Source of the DNA: Antedon mediterranea
Lineage: Eukaryota > Animalia > Echinodermata
Direction: 5' to 3'
DNA length: 64,000 nucleotides
Assembly: GCF_964355755.1 (NCBI RefSeq)
Contig: NC_092672.1
Location: 35,904,437-35,968,436 of the forward strand
In this document: positions 11,738 to 23,700 of the stretch, in pieces
How positions within the stretch are numbered: the stretch's first letter is position 1
Layout: the number at the start of each line of letters is the position of its first letter
The notes under the pieces: generated by a model
What the model was told of the DNA's origin: nothing
Database searches by the model: none
What the model saw: the letters and a program-made list of their open reading frames with translations, nothing else
Made by a program: the position numbers and the translations under genes

Positions 11738-14700
11738 ATGGCGGCGCGCAGCTCACATGTGGACACTGTGAACGAACGTCGTTTGCGGCCAATCTACGGT
11801 AGGTGAATAAAAAAAAACATAGTTAATGAAGTTATGTTTTATGACAAAAATAAATGTAGCGTGTAATTGTGTGAATGTATTGCTTATTTTGTCAGTTTTT
11901 ATACGCTTTTATGCTAGGCCTAAATTGTATTTACTGGCTTGCAAAGATCTTTGCTGGCTTGTCAACAGTCAAGAGAGGGAGGCATAGAATAGCTGGGACA
12001 ATCCTCGCTCGAGCGAAGCCTACCTAAGCTACTACTCTGCTCTGTATCTACTAGGGCTAGCCTAGGACTAGGTACACCTAGCATATTTATTATTAGGATG
12101 ACTAGCCAGTACTGAAGACCTTGTAGTAGTACTAGGCCTATAGGTTAATAATATAATATAAGTAATAAATAACACGTTAAAAACTGGTGTGCAGGAGGAA
12201 ACATGGTTGCACGTGATCTGTGTGCAGGTTTTTACAAAAAACATTAACTAATTTTTTCTAATTGGTTTTCCGCACTAATCAACTTTCTACGCATTTCATG
12301 TCATTTTAAGCATGTAAAAATGTCCTCGCGCGCGTGCAAATTTGTGCGGCGAATAACCTAACTCGTCACTCGCACATAGTGACAAGTTCAAATCTATCTA
12401 GTTTATAGTTTAGAATTTTTTAATAAATTGTTAATATATTAAAATCAATTTAATATACTACGTTATGTTACTTTTTTGAAATTTCAGATAATTTAGACAA
12501 TGGAAATAACAAAGCCGCAATTCAGGCAGCAGATAAAGTTTTGAGGAAACAGAAGGATTTACACTGTGCAAAGGTATAAGCACCACATATTGCAACCTCC
12601 TTGTATACATCTTCCATTTATTAACCAAAATTTCTTTACATAGGGTGATAATACAGTCAAGTCTTTTGCAGTAATACTCTATTCCCAAAAACCATGATCT
12701 TCAAACAAAAAAGTCCGAAAATTGCTCCTATTTTCCAAGATGCATTTTGACATCGAGTTTCCAAAAAAAAAACATTTTACCCAGACCAAGAGGCCTAACC
12801 TACACTTATACAATAAACATAATTAATATAGAAAATATTTTGTTCTTCCAATTCAAACTTTACCAGTAACAAAAATTAGATGAAGACCTGCCATAAAATT
12901 AGCAATTGAAGTTGACTGATATAATAGAAATAGGCAAACAATTCGAAAGAAAAAACATGCAAGATATACAGATTATTATTACAGATATTGTATCTCATTT
13001 TTTTTTAATGTACAGGTTCTTAAAGCATTAGCTCTTCAACGAACTGGTAAAAGCAATGAAGCTTTTATTTTGGCTAAAGAAGTAATGACTAGTGAGCCTC
13101 AAGATGACTCCACTTTGCAAGCACTCACAATTTGCTTTAGAGAAATGAAAAAACGTAAGTGAAACATTTCCTGATGGACTGCTTCTTATGGTTTCAAATG
13201 ACGGCTCTGTCTCTGTGTATGATGAATTTGTGATAGTGGCTGTGTGTGTACTAGTACATCAGGTAACCCCCTACTTGCCTCGAAAGATGTACTAGGTTCT
13301 TTAAAGTGCAAATTAACCAGATGTGTACACTTGACCTATGGTTTATAGTCCTTATCCGAGAAGACTCATTCTACCACCAGAACCATGGAGTGAGTGAGCC
13401 TCGAACCCTTGCTGATGTTATGGCTACGTAATTACGATTCCAATTTTTCTTAAAAAAACAACCCCACTGGACTGGTTTAGTAGAACATCTTGTGTGTAGT
13501 TTGTGTCAATGGATTTTCACCTGTATATCGAAACAGTGAAACATTTACTATGTGTCTAAATATAAAGGAATTAGTACAAGGATTTATCAACATTTGTATT
13601 ATTTATTTACTTGCAGCTGAATTCATAGTGAAGGTGTATGAATACGCTGTTAAAGCGTGTCCAAATGAAGAGATGTATAGTCATCTATTTATGGCTTACG
13701 TGAGAACTGGTGACTACAAGAAACAACAACAGGTATAATAGCAAATTCAGTCATGTCTAAAGCTCTGTCTACACTATCAAACTTTATGTGACTAAAAAAT
13801 GTGATGTGCCCAAATATGGACATGATGATGTCATATCACTACCATATTTAAACGTATCATTACCATATTTGGGCACATCACACTTTTTTGGTCAAACTAG
13901 TTTGATAGTGTAGACAGAGCTTAATTAACAAATTCAAATCTAAAGAGCTAGTTAAAATTGAAGATTAAATTTCTTCCTTGTTTTCTTTTTAAAATTTATA
14001 TGTTTGTATTTTTGTTTCCAGACTGCTATATCATTGTATAAGGTCGCCCAAAAGAACCCTTACTATTTCTGGGGAGTGATGAGTATTTTTATGCAGGTAA
14101 TACTTTTTAATTAAAACAAGTGTAATTACTAACTACAGTAAAAAATGTCTTGGAGTGTTAAAACAATATTTCTAATTAAAACTTTATTTTATTGTTATTA
14201 CTTTAGGCTTATTCTGCATCAGATCGCAAGTTAGCTACAAGTATGTATTACCCACTCTGTCTAAAGATGGTAGAGAAAATGGTTAATGATAATAAAATTG
14301 ATAACGAAGCAGAGATAAGCATTTATATCATGGTTCTTGAAGAATTAGGCATGTATGAAAAAGCAATGGACGTGTTGAATGGTGACTTGGGCAAGAGTAA
14401 GTATCACCATACTGTACAACCTAGCCACCCAGGTACTAGCCATCGGCCTAGCTTTCTTATATTTTAAGCTAGACAGTTGAGTCCTGGGTCTTAGACTACC
14501 AAATTTTTACTGAGCTTTTTAAAAATTACCGGCCTAGTTTTATATTTTTAACTAGAAGTCCTGGACCTTGAACTACCTTTTTACAACCTTGTGGCTGTAA
14601 ACAAAATCTAAGTAAGGTTTTAAATAATTACCATTTTACTAGATAGAAACAATGAAAACATTCATCCAGCTAGGATAGTCTCAATATTACCAAATTACAA

Positions 14701-17700
14701 GCATAAATTATTATGTATTCAAATTTTTTGTATTTTTATATACACACACAACAGCATTAAAAAAAAATTTTCTAATTAAATTTTAATTCAATTGGGTCTT
14801 TATGATGAATATGGAATAAGAGATTGGTCATGCTAGAGGGTGTAGTTCGCAAAAATTATCATTTTATCGGTGTCTTTTGTTTAAGATGTATTTTTGGTCG
14901 AAGTGAATAAATATTTTGTGACATTAAAATGACATATTCAACAAAAATTAGTTTAAAAATTATTTTTCAGGGGGACAATATATCTTTTTCTTTTTCTTAT
15001 ACTCATCCAACAGCGAGTAACTCGCCAATTACAGGATGGATAAACTATTTAATAATTTATCTTTAATAATGTAACCTCTCTTCGGAGAGAGATTTGTGCG
15101 TTTATCCAGATGAACGTAGTCTACCAACAAAACTGTTTCTGTAATTTATTTAAACATTTATATACAAACAATATACAAATTGTTTTCATATTTTCATTAT
15201 CCTCAGAGTTTATAACTGATAGAAACCTAATACCTGAAAGAATAGCAGCTTTACACAAGAAAATGGAGAAATGGGCAGAAGCCAACAGTGCCTACAGGAA
15301 TCTAGTCAAGAAAAGGTAAGTAGTGAAGCTCTGTCTACACTATCATACTAGTTTGACAAAAAAGTGTGATGTGCCTAAATATGGTATTGATATGCTTAAA
15401 TATGGTAGTGATATGACATCATCATGTCCATATATGGGCACATCACTTATTTTTGCCACATAAAGTTTGATAGTGTAAACAAGACTTTACGTTCGGAAAA
15501 TAAGCACACAGTGACACATATCATCTTACTACTGAAATGGGTTAAGTCAAAATTTTTCTACTCATTAAATTGAAATCATTGCTCATATCCTTGGGCAAGA
15601 CACTTTACTTCCATTTGCCTCTTTCCACCCAGGTGTAGAAATGGGAACCTGGTAAGGTCAAGAGCTGATTACTTGCCTTATTATTGATTTGCGTTGATTA
15701 CTAGCTGCAGTATAGAGTTTTCATACATGTTTGATCAAAAAAATAACAGGGGTAATAATATGTACAATGCTTTGAAGTTTCACAACATTAGGCACTTTAT
15801 AACAGGACAGGATTAAAATTAAAATTTACTGCCTGTTATTAACACTTCTTGATTATGTCCCCAAAATAAACAATATAGATTGTCAAAATTAACAAACTAA
15901 TGTATTCATCCCTTTTCTTTTAGCCCTGATAACTGGCTTTTTTATCAGCATTATTTTGAATCTGGTTTTAAAGTTCTTGATAGTAAATTGGCACCAGAAC
16001 AGATCAACTGGTAAATATTAAAACTATATTTGATAAATTATTATTGTTATTAATGTTATACCATATCTCAAAATGCATGGGGTTATTGTATGTTGGGCTG
16101 GGCTGGGAATATCAGTAAAGGGGATAAAGACCGAATTGAAAAGGTGCTGGGTAGAGCGGGGAAAGTAATTGGTTCGTCTGTGCAAACGCTCGACTCTTTC
16201 TACAGCGAACGTCTTGCCGATGTGTTCCATTATTGGAAGACACCAACCATCCTCTTCATAAGGACATTATCGGCTCCGTTATCGTTAGAAGTGGTAGGAT
16301 GAGGACGGTGAATGCGCAGAAAAGTACTCGTTCTACCCAGCTGGGATAAGGCATTATAACAAAACATTTGTTAGATAGTCCCCGTTATATTTATATTTAT
16401 TTTAGGCAAGCCAAGGTTTATGAGCACTGTAAATTCCATTAATATTTTGGACAATAAATGAATCTGTATCTGTATGCTTATTGCAAGCTTATATTTGTGC
16501 TAAATTTTGGATCCCAAATCTTTGTCTATATGAATATTGGCTTAATCTCTCTATTACTAATTGTATTTAATTTCTAAAAATAAACATTTGACATTTAATA
16601 TATTTATTTTTTAAAGTGAAAATAAATTTGAGGGTGACGTAGATTCAACGCCAGAAACAATGAAAGCATTCATCAAGAACATTTTTGACGGGCATTTGGA
16701 GATGAGGGCGCCATACTTAGCTAAAATGGAATTGTATAAGATTACAAAGGAAAGAAATATTGCACCAGTATATGGTTAGTTCACTTTTAAATGTTTTTTT
16801 CAACTAATATACAAAACTGCAATAATATTCTTTATCAGATTTACTCTGTGAATCCTGTACTTTGCCAAATTTAGTGCAAAATATTGCCATTTCTCTTATC
16901 AAACACCTAGATGTACATTTTGAAAATCCATCTAGACTTTTTTTTGTTTTCTCCAATTAATATACAAAAGTGCAATTGTTTTTTAAATAGATTCCTTACT
17001 GGATTTACTGTGTGAATACTTTGCCAGATTTGGTACAAAATGCTGCTGTTTCTACGATTTAAAAACCTACCTAGATCTATTGAATGAAGATGAAATAGAG
17101 CCGCTTACTCAACGTTTGCTGCCAATGTTAGATATGGGTGAAATTCATCATTTAAAACTTGCGACAAATGTAAGTTTGATAAAAATATTGATGTACTAAA
17201 AAATTCTAAAGCTCTGTCTACACTATCAAACTAGTTTGACAAACAAAGTTTGATGTGCCCGAATATGGTAGTGATATGCCCAAATATGGTAGTGATATGA
17301 CATCATCATTTCCATATATGGGCACATCACATTTGTCACATAAAGTTTGATAGTGTAGACGGAGCTTAATACATTTTTTCAGCTTCTGATTTATAACCTT
17401 AACCAAAACTCCTTATCTTTAAAGTGTACATCCTTTGTTTGTTTTACTAGCATAAGCAGGGTTGAGGAAAGTTGACAAAGATTGCACGCTCCCCTCCCCC
17501 CCCCCCTCCACATACATTAGATTAGAACCTTCATTTTACATAGGGTAACCGTACAGAACCAAAAGACATTCGTAAAATCCAGGTTGACCTTAAATTGACC
17601 GCCACAAATATGTAGATCATGGCTAAGAAGGCTGCTGTGTTTGCCTACTTTACTTACAGTATGCAGTGGTCATTAGCTGCTGCAGGCTAGGCCTAGCTAG

Positions 17701-20700
17701 ATGCGTGGCCTAGCTAGATGCGTGGCCTTGCTAGATGCGTGGCCTTGCTAGATGCGTGGCCTAGCTAGATGCGTTGCCTAGCTTAGCTAGATGAGTGGCC
17801 TAGCTAGATGCGTGGCCTAGCTGTAAGGCCTAACTAGCATTGTTAAGATGAACAGGTATGGTTTATTTATACTCATTTATTCACACCTATTTTTTCATAC
17901 AGACAAAGCAAATGCAACAGCATATAAACTGGTTGCAAATCTGCCGGTATTTAGGCTTACACGACAAACTATCAAATGATGATAGATTAGCACTTGCGAG
18001 AGACCTATGCAAACGGCACGTTGCAGGACTAGAACTTGGCACTCATCTTCTTGTGTCAGACCTGCAGTTTAGTGATGATTACTGTGTACTTGCTGCTCAC
18101 ATGCTTATTAATATTTGGCAACAAACAGGTGATTTTTTTATATAATTTAAAAAAATTTCATATGCATCCAACCAGCGAGTAACTCTAAAATTACAGGATG
18201 GATAAACTATTTAACTAATATATCGTTCTTATAAAATAAGTGTCTTTTGAGGCTTAGAGAGTGGAGTTGAAAGAGTCTACCATGGAACCAGGCCAGGATT
18301 GAACCCAGAACCTTGGGATTGGACGGCAAGCTTGTTGTTAACCACCAAGCTACACCTCCATGGTTTATGCCATTGAATATTTTGTGCTTGATAGACAATA
18401 TAACTAATAAAACAGTAATCTTCAGTGTACAGTGAAGTATTACTGTAAAGCAACATTCCTAAAAAGATAAAAACATATCAATTTTCAAATCGTTTTCACA
18501 TACATTACTGTATGTTAAGTAAAGGTTATGTTTATTCAAATAGTTATTACTTAGTGTGGTTTTTTTTTAGATGATTCTTCAATTCTACTGGACCTGTGTG
18601 TGCTGCTTGAGCGTGCTAAGTCATCAAGCCTGTCCAATCATCACATTAAGTTATTACTTGTTAGGTTTTATTGTTTACTAGGTAAGGTTAAATTAAGTGT
18701 ATGATAATTATTAATATTTATTGAAAGTTGTACTGCCTTATACTATTACATTAATATCAAGTGCAATGCATTGTAAATGAACATTTTTACTGATGAGGAA
18801 TTAAAAGGGGGTCGAACCTACATAAGACAAAAAAGAAAGTGTGGTGTATAGCACTGTATATATAAATCATAGTTGTGTGGAGTATAGCTCTCATTGTAAT
18901 ATTGTGTAATATTTATTGCCATCCATATAAAAAAGTAGACGGATCAAACAATTTGTACAACAATAATAAAAGAAAAAAAAAGTTACAATATATGGAATAG
19001 CAGAGGATAACCCTTTACGCTCAAGAGCTTGTTTCAGAAGGGGTCCTCAACATAAAAACAAATTATAATAACGTAAAAATTCAAATATAAAGTATGATAA
19101 TTATAATAAGTAAAAGGTTTTTAGAGAAAATATAAATTTTTAAATTAGGTTTTGTTTATAAAACGACATTTCATAGAAGAATATTTTAAATATGTACAGT
19201 TTAAAACTGTCTTACTTAAAATTGACTTTCTTCTCTTTTTGTACTTTGCTAGTTAACTTGCTCATTTTTGTGTGTTTGTTTTTCTTCTTTTTCAGGTGCT
19301 TTTGGTCCAATTCCTGATTTGTACGATGGAATGGAACTTAAACACATACAGCAAGACACTGTTAGGTGAGTTGAATGTAACTTACTATTCAACAAAATCC
19401 AAAATAATAATAAAAAATATATATAAACTCATTTAATTTTTGTAAGCCAAATCAATACTAGATGGAGCTTAATGTTTTTCTTTCAGTTATCAAGTAACAA
19501 GATTTGTCCAATCAGTCGGACATTTTACCGCTGCTCAGCAGTTTTATGATTCAACTTTAAAATTCTTTACATCGAATCACAAAGATGTAAGTATAAATTA
19601 TATATATAGTTTGTCCTGAAAAATAAATAAATCATATTACTTAATTTTTTACTTTTTTTGTTGCACTCCTGTTTTGTTTACCATGTTTGTCTCCAGTTAT
19701 TTCTAAGTTCTCTAAAGCTCTGTCCACACCATCAAACTAGTTTGATAAACAATATGTGATGTGCCCAAATATGGTAGTGATATGACATCATTATGTCCAT
19801 ATATGATCACATCACATCATTTTTTTTGTCACATAAAGTTTGATGTGTAGACAGAGCTTAAGAAAAGTAAAATCTTACTCCAATGTTTAGATTGATATTG
19901 ATTTTATTTAACTGTATTTGTATCTCAAGTTGCTATTCTATCCCTACAGACCAGTGAGTACATCATCACAGCCTATAAATTTGGCTCATTCCAAAAAATT
20001 CCAGAATTTATAGAGTTCAGAAAACGTGTAAACAACTCTGTAAGTTTCTCCATAGTAACCATCGAGAAAATGCTGCTGGAAATAATAACAGAAGCTGAAA
20101 TGTAAGTACATTAACTATAACAGTTGAAAACCTATTAAGGGGACACCAATAACATGTTCCCTGTGGTGTATTAAAACGTACATTTTCCCATGTTCTTTAC
20201 ACAGGAAGATTCCCCTAAATTGAGGTGTCCTCTAAATAGGGGCTGACTCTAGCCTTAGATTGCACCTTGTTCTTTACACAGGAAGATTCCCCTAAATTGA
20301 GGTGTCCTCTAAATAGGGGCTGACTCTAGCCTTAGATTGCACCTTGTTCTTTACACAGGAAGATTCCCCTAAATTGAGGTGTCCTCTAAATAGGGGCTGA
20401 CTCTAGCCTTAGATTGCACCTTGTTCTTTACACAGGAAGATTCCCCTAAATTGAGGTGTCCTCTAAATAGGGGCTGACTCTAGCCTTAGATTGCACCTCG
20501 TTCGTTTTACAGGAAAGTTTCCTCTTAATTTGAGTTTCCCCCAAATTAGGGTGTGTTCCCTTAATTTGGGTGTCCCCCTGAATTAGGGTGTCTCAAAGGA
20601 GCGGCACTACTATACCTCCAAAAATTATTACCCTTACACTTAAAAGCACTTAATTCTTTTTAATTCCAGTTATTTGATAACAAATTCTTGTTTTTCCAGC

Positions 20701-23700
20701 TCTGGTGGAGAAACACTTGACAGTATAGTCAGAGAAATGGAAATAGACCCATCAAAAGGTAGATAATATAATTTAACATTCAGTTACTTCAAAGTGTATT
20801 GCATTATTTTACACAGGGACTTTTAAATGTGTTTTGTTTGTTTTGCAGATGAAATTTGTTGGGATGATCTAAGAGATAATAGAGATTTAGATGTGATGAT
20901 TTCATGGGAACCAAAATGCCGGTTAGTTTATAATTTTGTCACAAATACCTTGGATCAAAGTTCATAGTTGCAAGCAAAATGGACGTAACATAAACACGGT
21001 CACATGTTGGTTAATAGAGCTCTTTTGCCCGAACACCCTAGCCTTTTCTATTTTGAACAGGTATAATTAAACTTTGACCCATCAGGGTAAAGGTCAAATC
21101 CTCAAGTATCATATTGATTAAACTTACTCAGCAATTTTAAACATAGAGAATTTTTGACATACAGTTCTTAAATTATTTCCAGGCAATTGAGTGACCAGGA
21201 TAAACAAGATTCATTCAAGCAAACCAAAGGATGGCATAGACATCGTAACATCATGCTGCGGATATTAGCGGCTGCTTCCAAACTTGTATCAAAACCTAAC
21301 CGAGAAGAACAGAGCAATAACGGAGAAACACAAGACTACGGAAAAGTCATGACAAAGTTAGTGGAGGAATTAAAGGAAAATTTTAAGGAACTCGAAACCA
21401 ATCCAGTACACACAAGAGAGGTACTTTTTATTAAATTATTTTTAACTAAATTAGTGTTGGGTGAAGAATAATGCAGATTGAGGGGCCAATAATACTTAAA
21501 CTCTGTCTACACTATCAAACTTTATGTGCCCATATATGGACATGAGTCATATTTGGACACATCACACTTTTTTTGTCAAACTAGTTTGTAGACAGAGCTT
21601 TATAGGGATCTAGTTTTACAATAGGGGAATGTACCATTATGATACTTTTGTAATAAAGTTTATTTATCACATATACTAAAAATAAAAAGCTAGTAAACAC
21701 AATTATATTTTGGAAATGGTTTATTTGTAGAAATGATACAACGGTTTTCAATTTCTTGTTTATTTTTTAAGTTCCCAGTGCAAGGCCCACCAGGTACACC
21801 AGCTAGGGCTTTCTTAGATGCTCAACACCATGTGGTACTGAGCAACATTGCTGATGCCGTTGTTGGTATCTATGAATTACAAATTGGTAAGACTTATAAT
21901 AATTAGCTTCAAACTTGACAACTTAGGCTCTTGACAATTTAAAAGTGTATATTAACTTAATAACTTAATTTTTCAAATTTTCTGTAGAATTCTCAGAATC
22001 TGCACAGAAAAAAATCAGTGACAGTTTACAAGTTACCCTGGATACTTTTAAAGGTAAATTAATTAAAAGAATTGAAAGTAATAAGGATTATTAATATTAT
22101 AGTACATATTTGTTAATATATGATAACATATAATGATAACACTTATTTATTTTAAACAGACTCACTAGGGAGAAACAGTAAAAGCCTTCTAACTGAAGAT
22201 GGCGATAAACAGAAGTTGAATAGGTACCTGTTACCTTCACTTGTTATGCTGTCTGAGGTAAGGTTACTTGAGTTGTTGTTACGTGAGTTGAGGGGTTTTT
22301 GAGATGGATGTTGGGCTTGTCAAAGGATAAATATTAAAGATGTACTGTCCCCCAAAAACATGAAAAATGAAGATTTTTTTCGATCCAATTTTTGATCTAT
22401 TATGTGATATTAAAATGGCATATTCAACAAAAAAAGAATTATTTTTTTCAGGGGACAACACATCTTTAAATACAATTCACCCACATTTAAACATCCACCC
22501 ATGCTAAATCATATGTTAAGGTCCTTAAATGTTAAAATCCTGAGGTTTCGTGGGTAGTTTTTTGGTTCCTGAAATGATTTTCATGTTTTTTTTCTTTATA
22601 GACATTGACTTTTATAATCCTACTGTCTGGTGTTTGTTTTAAAATCTTAAAACCAATGAAATCGGTACAGCAAAGAAAACGAAAAAAGAAAGGAAGTGAT
22701 GGTAAACCATTGGTAAGATAACAAATGTGTAATGGTACTTGCATACCCTGTTCAGGGGACACCTCAACTGGTGTGTCCCTGATCATCGAGGCAAAACCCC
22801 TAAAAGGATGGATTTTTCTGTAATAACATAATATTTGACTTCTTTTCAACTTCATATTTTTTAGCCACCAGTGTTTGAAAAGTTCAAGACATATTTGGAG
22901 TCATTACATCAGGTGACAGATGACCTCATCCAGGCATTTGAACAAATTAAGACCGACCTTTTAACCTTTGACCTTTGTAGGCTTAATATTCAAGGAAGTT
23001 ACAAATTATTAGAAGTAAGTTTTATTTTGGTGAGATGTTTTTACATTTAACTAAGGGGCCGTCCAAAAACTAATTTTCCGCGAGTTCCGCGATAACAAAC
23101 CCTATTACTTACTCAACCATGAAAGTGAACGTCTCTTGCGGTAATGAGGCAAAATCATTCAAGCTTGATTTTCTCGCGGAACTCATGAATATTAATTAAT
23201 ATCGCGAGACTCGCGGAAGCCTTACAATATCGCGGAACTCGCGGCAGTATTGCCGATACTAGGAATATAGTGCTCGTTTGTATTAATAACGCTTTGCCAG
23301 CAAGGTATTACGGTAATTGATTTTTACAGAAGAACAAATTATATTTCAATATTGTTTACAATTATTATATCCATTCGTGTGTCTGATCTTGTTTTTGTTA
23401 TTAATAAATATATAGATAATAATAAATGAAATGTGAGTGCCCTTCCCGAGTTTTACCACAATAAAAACCACTGAAGTAGATAGAAAATAATGTCAAGAAG
23501 ATTTGTTTACACAACGACTCGGACGAGACGCAAACATCGCCTGACTTCGTTGCAAGGGGATTTCCCTTGCTTGCAGAGGCCTCCTTCTTGTGTTTACATT
23601 TTTTAACGTTGTCGCCACATTGCCACGCCGCTAGCCTGGTAAAAACAACTACCAAGGTAGGCCTAGATTTTTTATAAAATGCTTGCTTGTTAAACAATGA

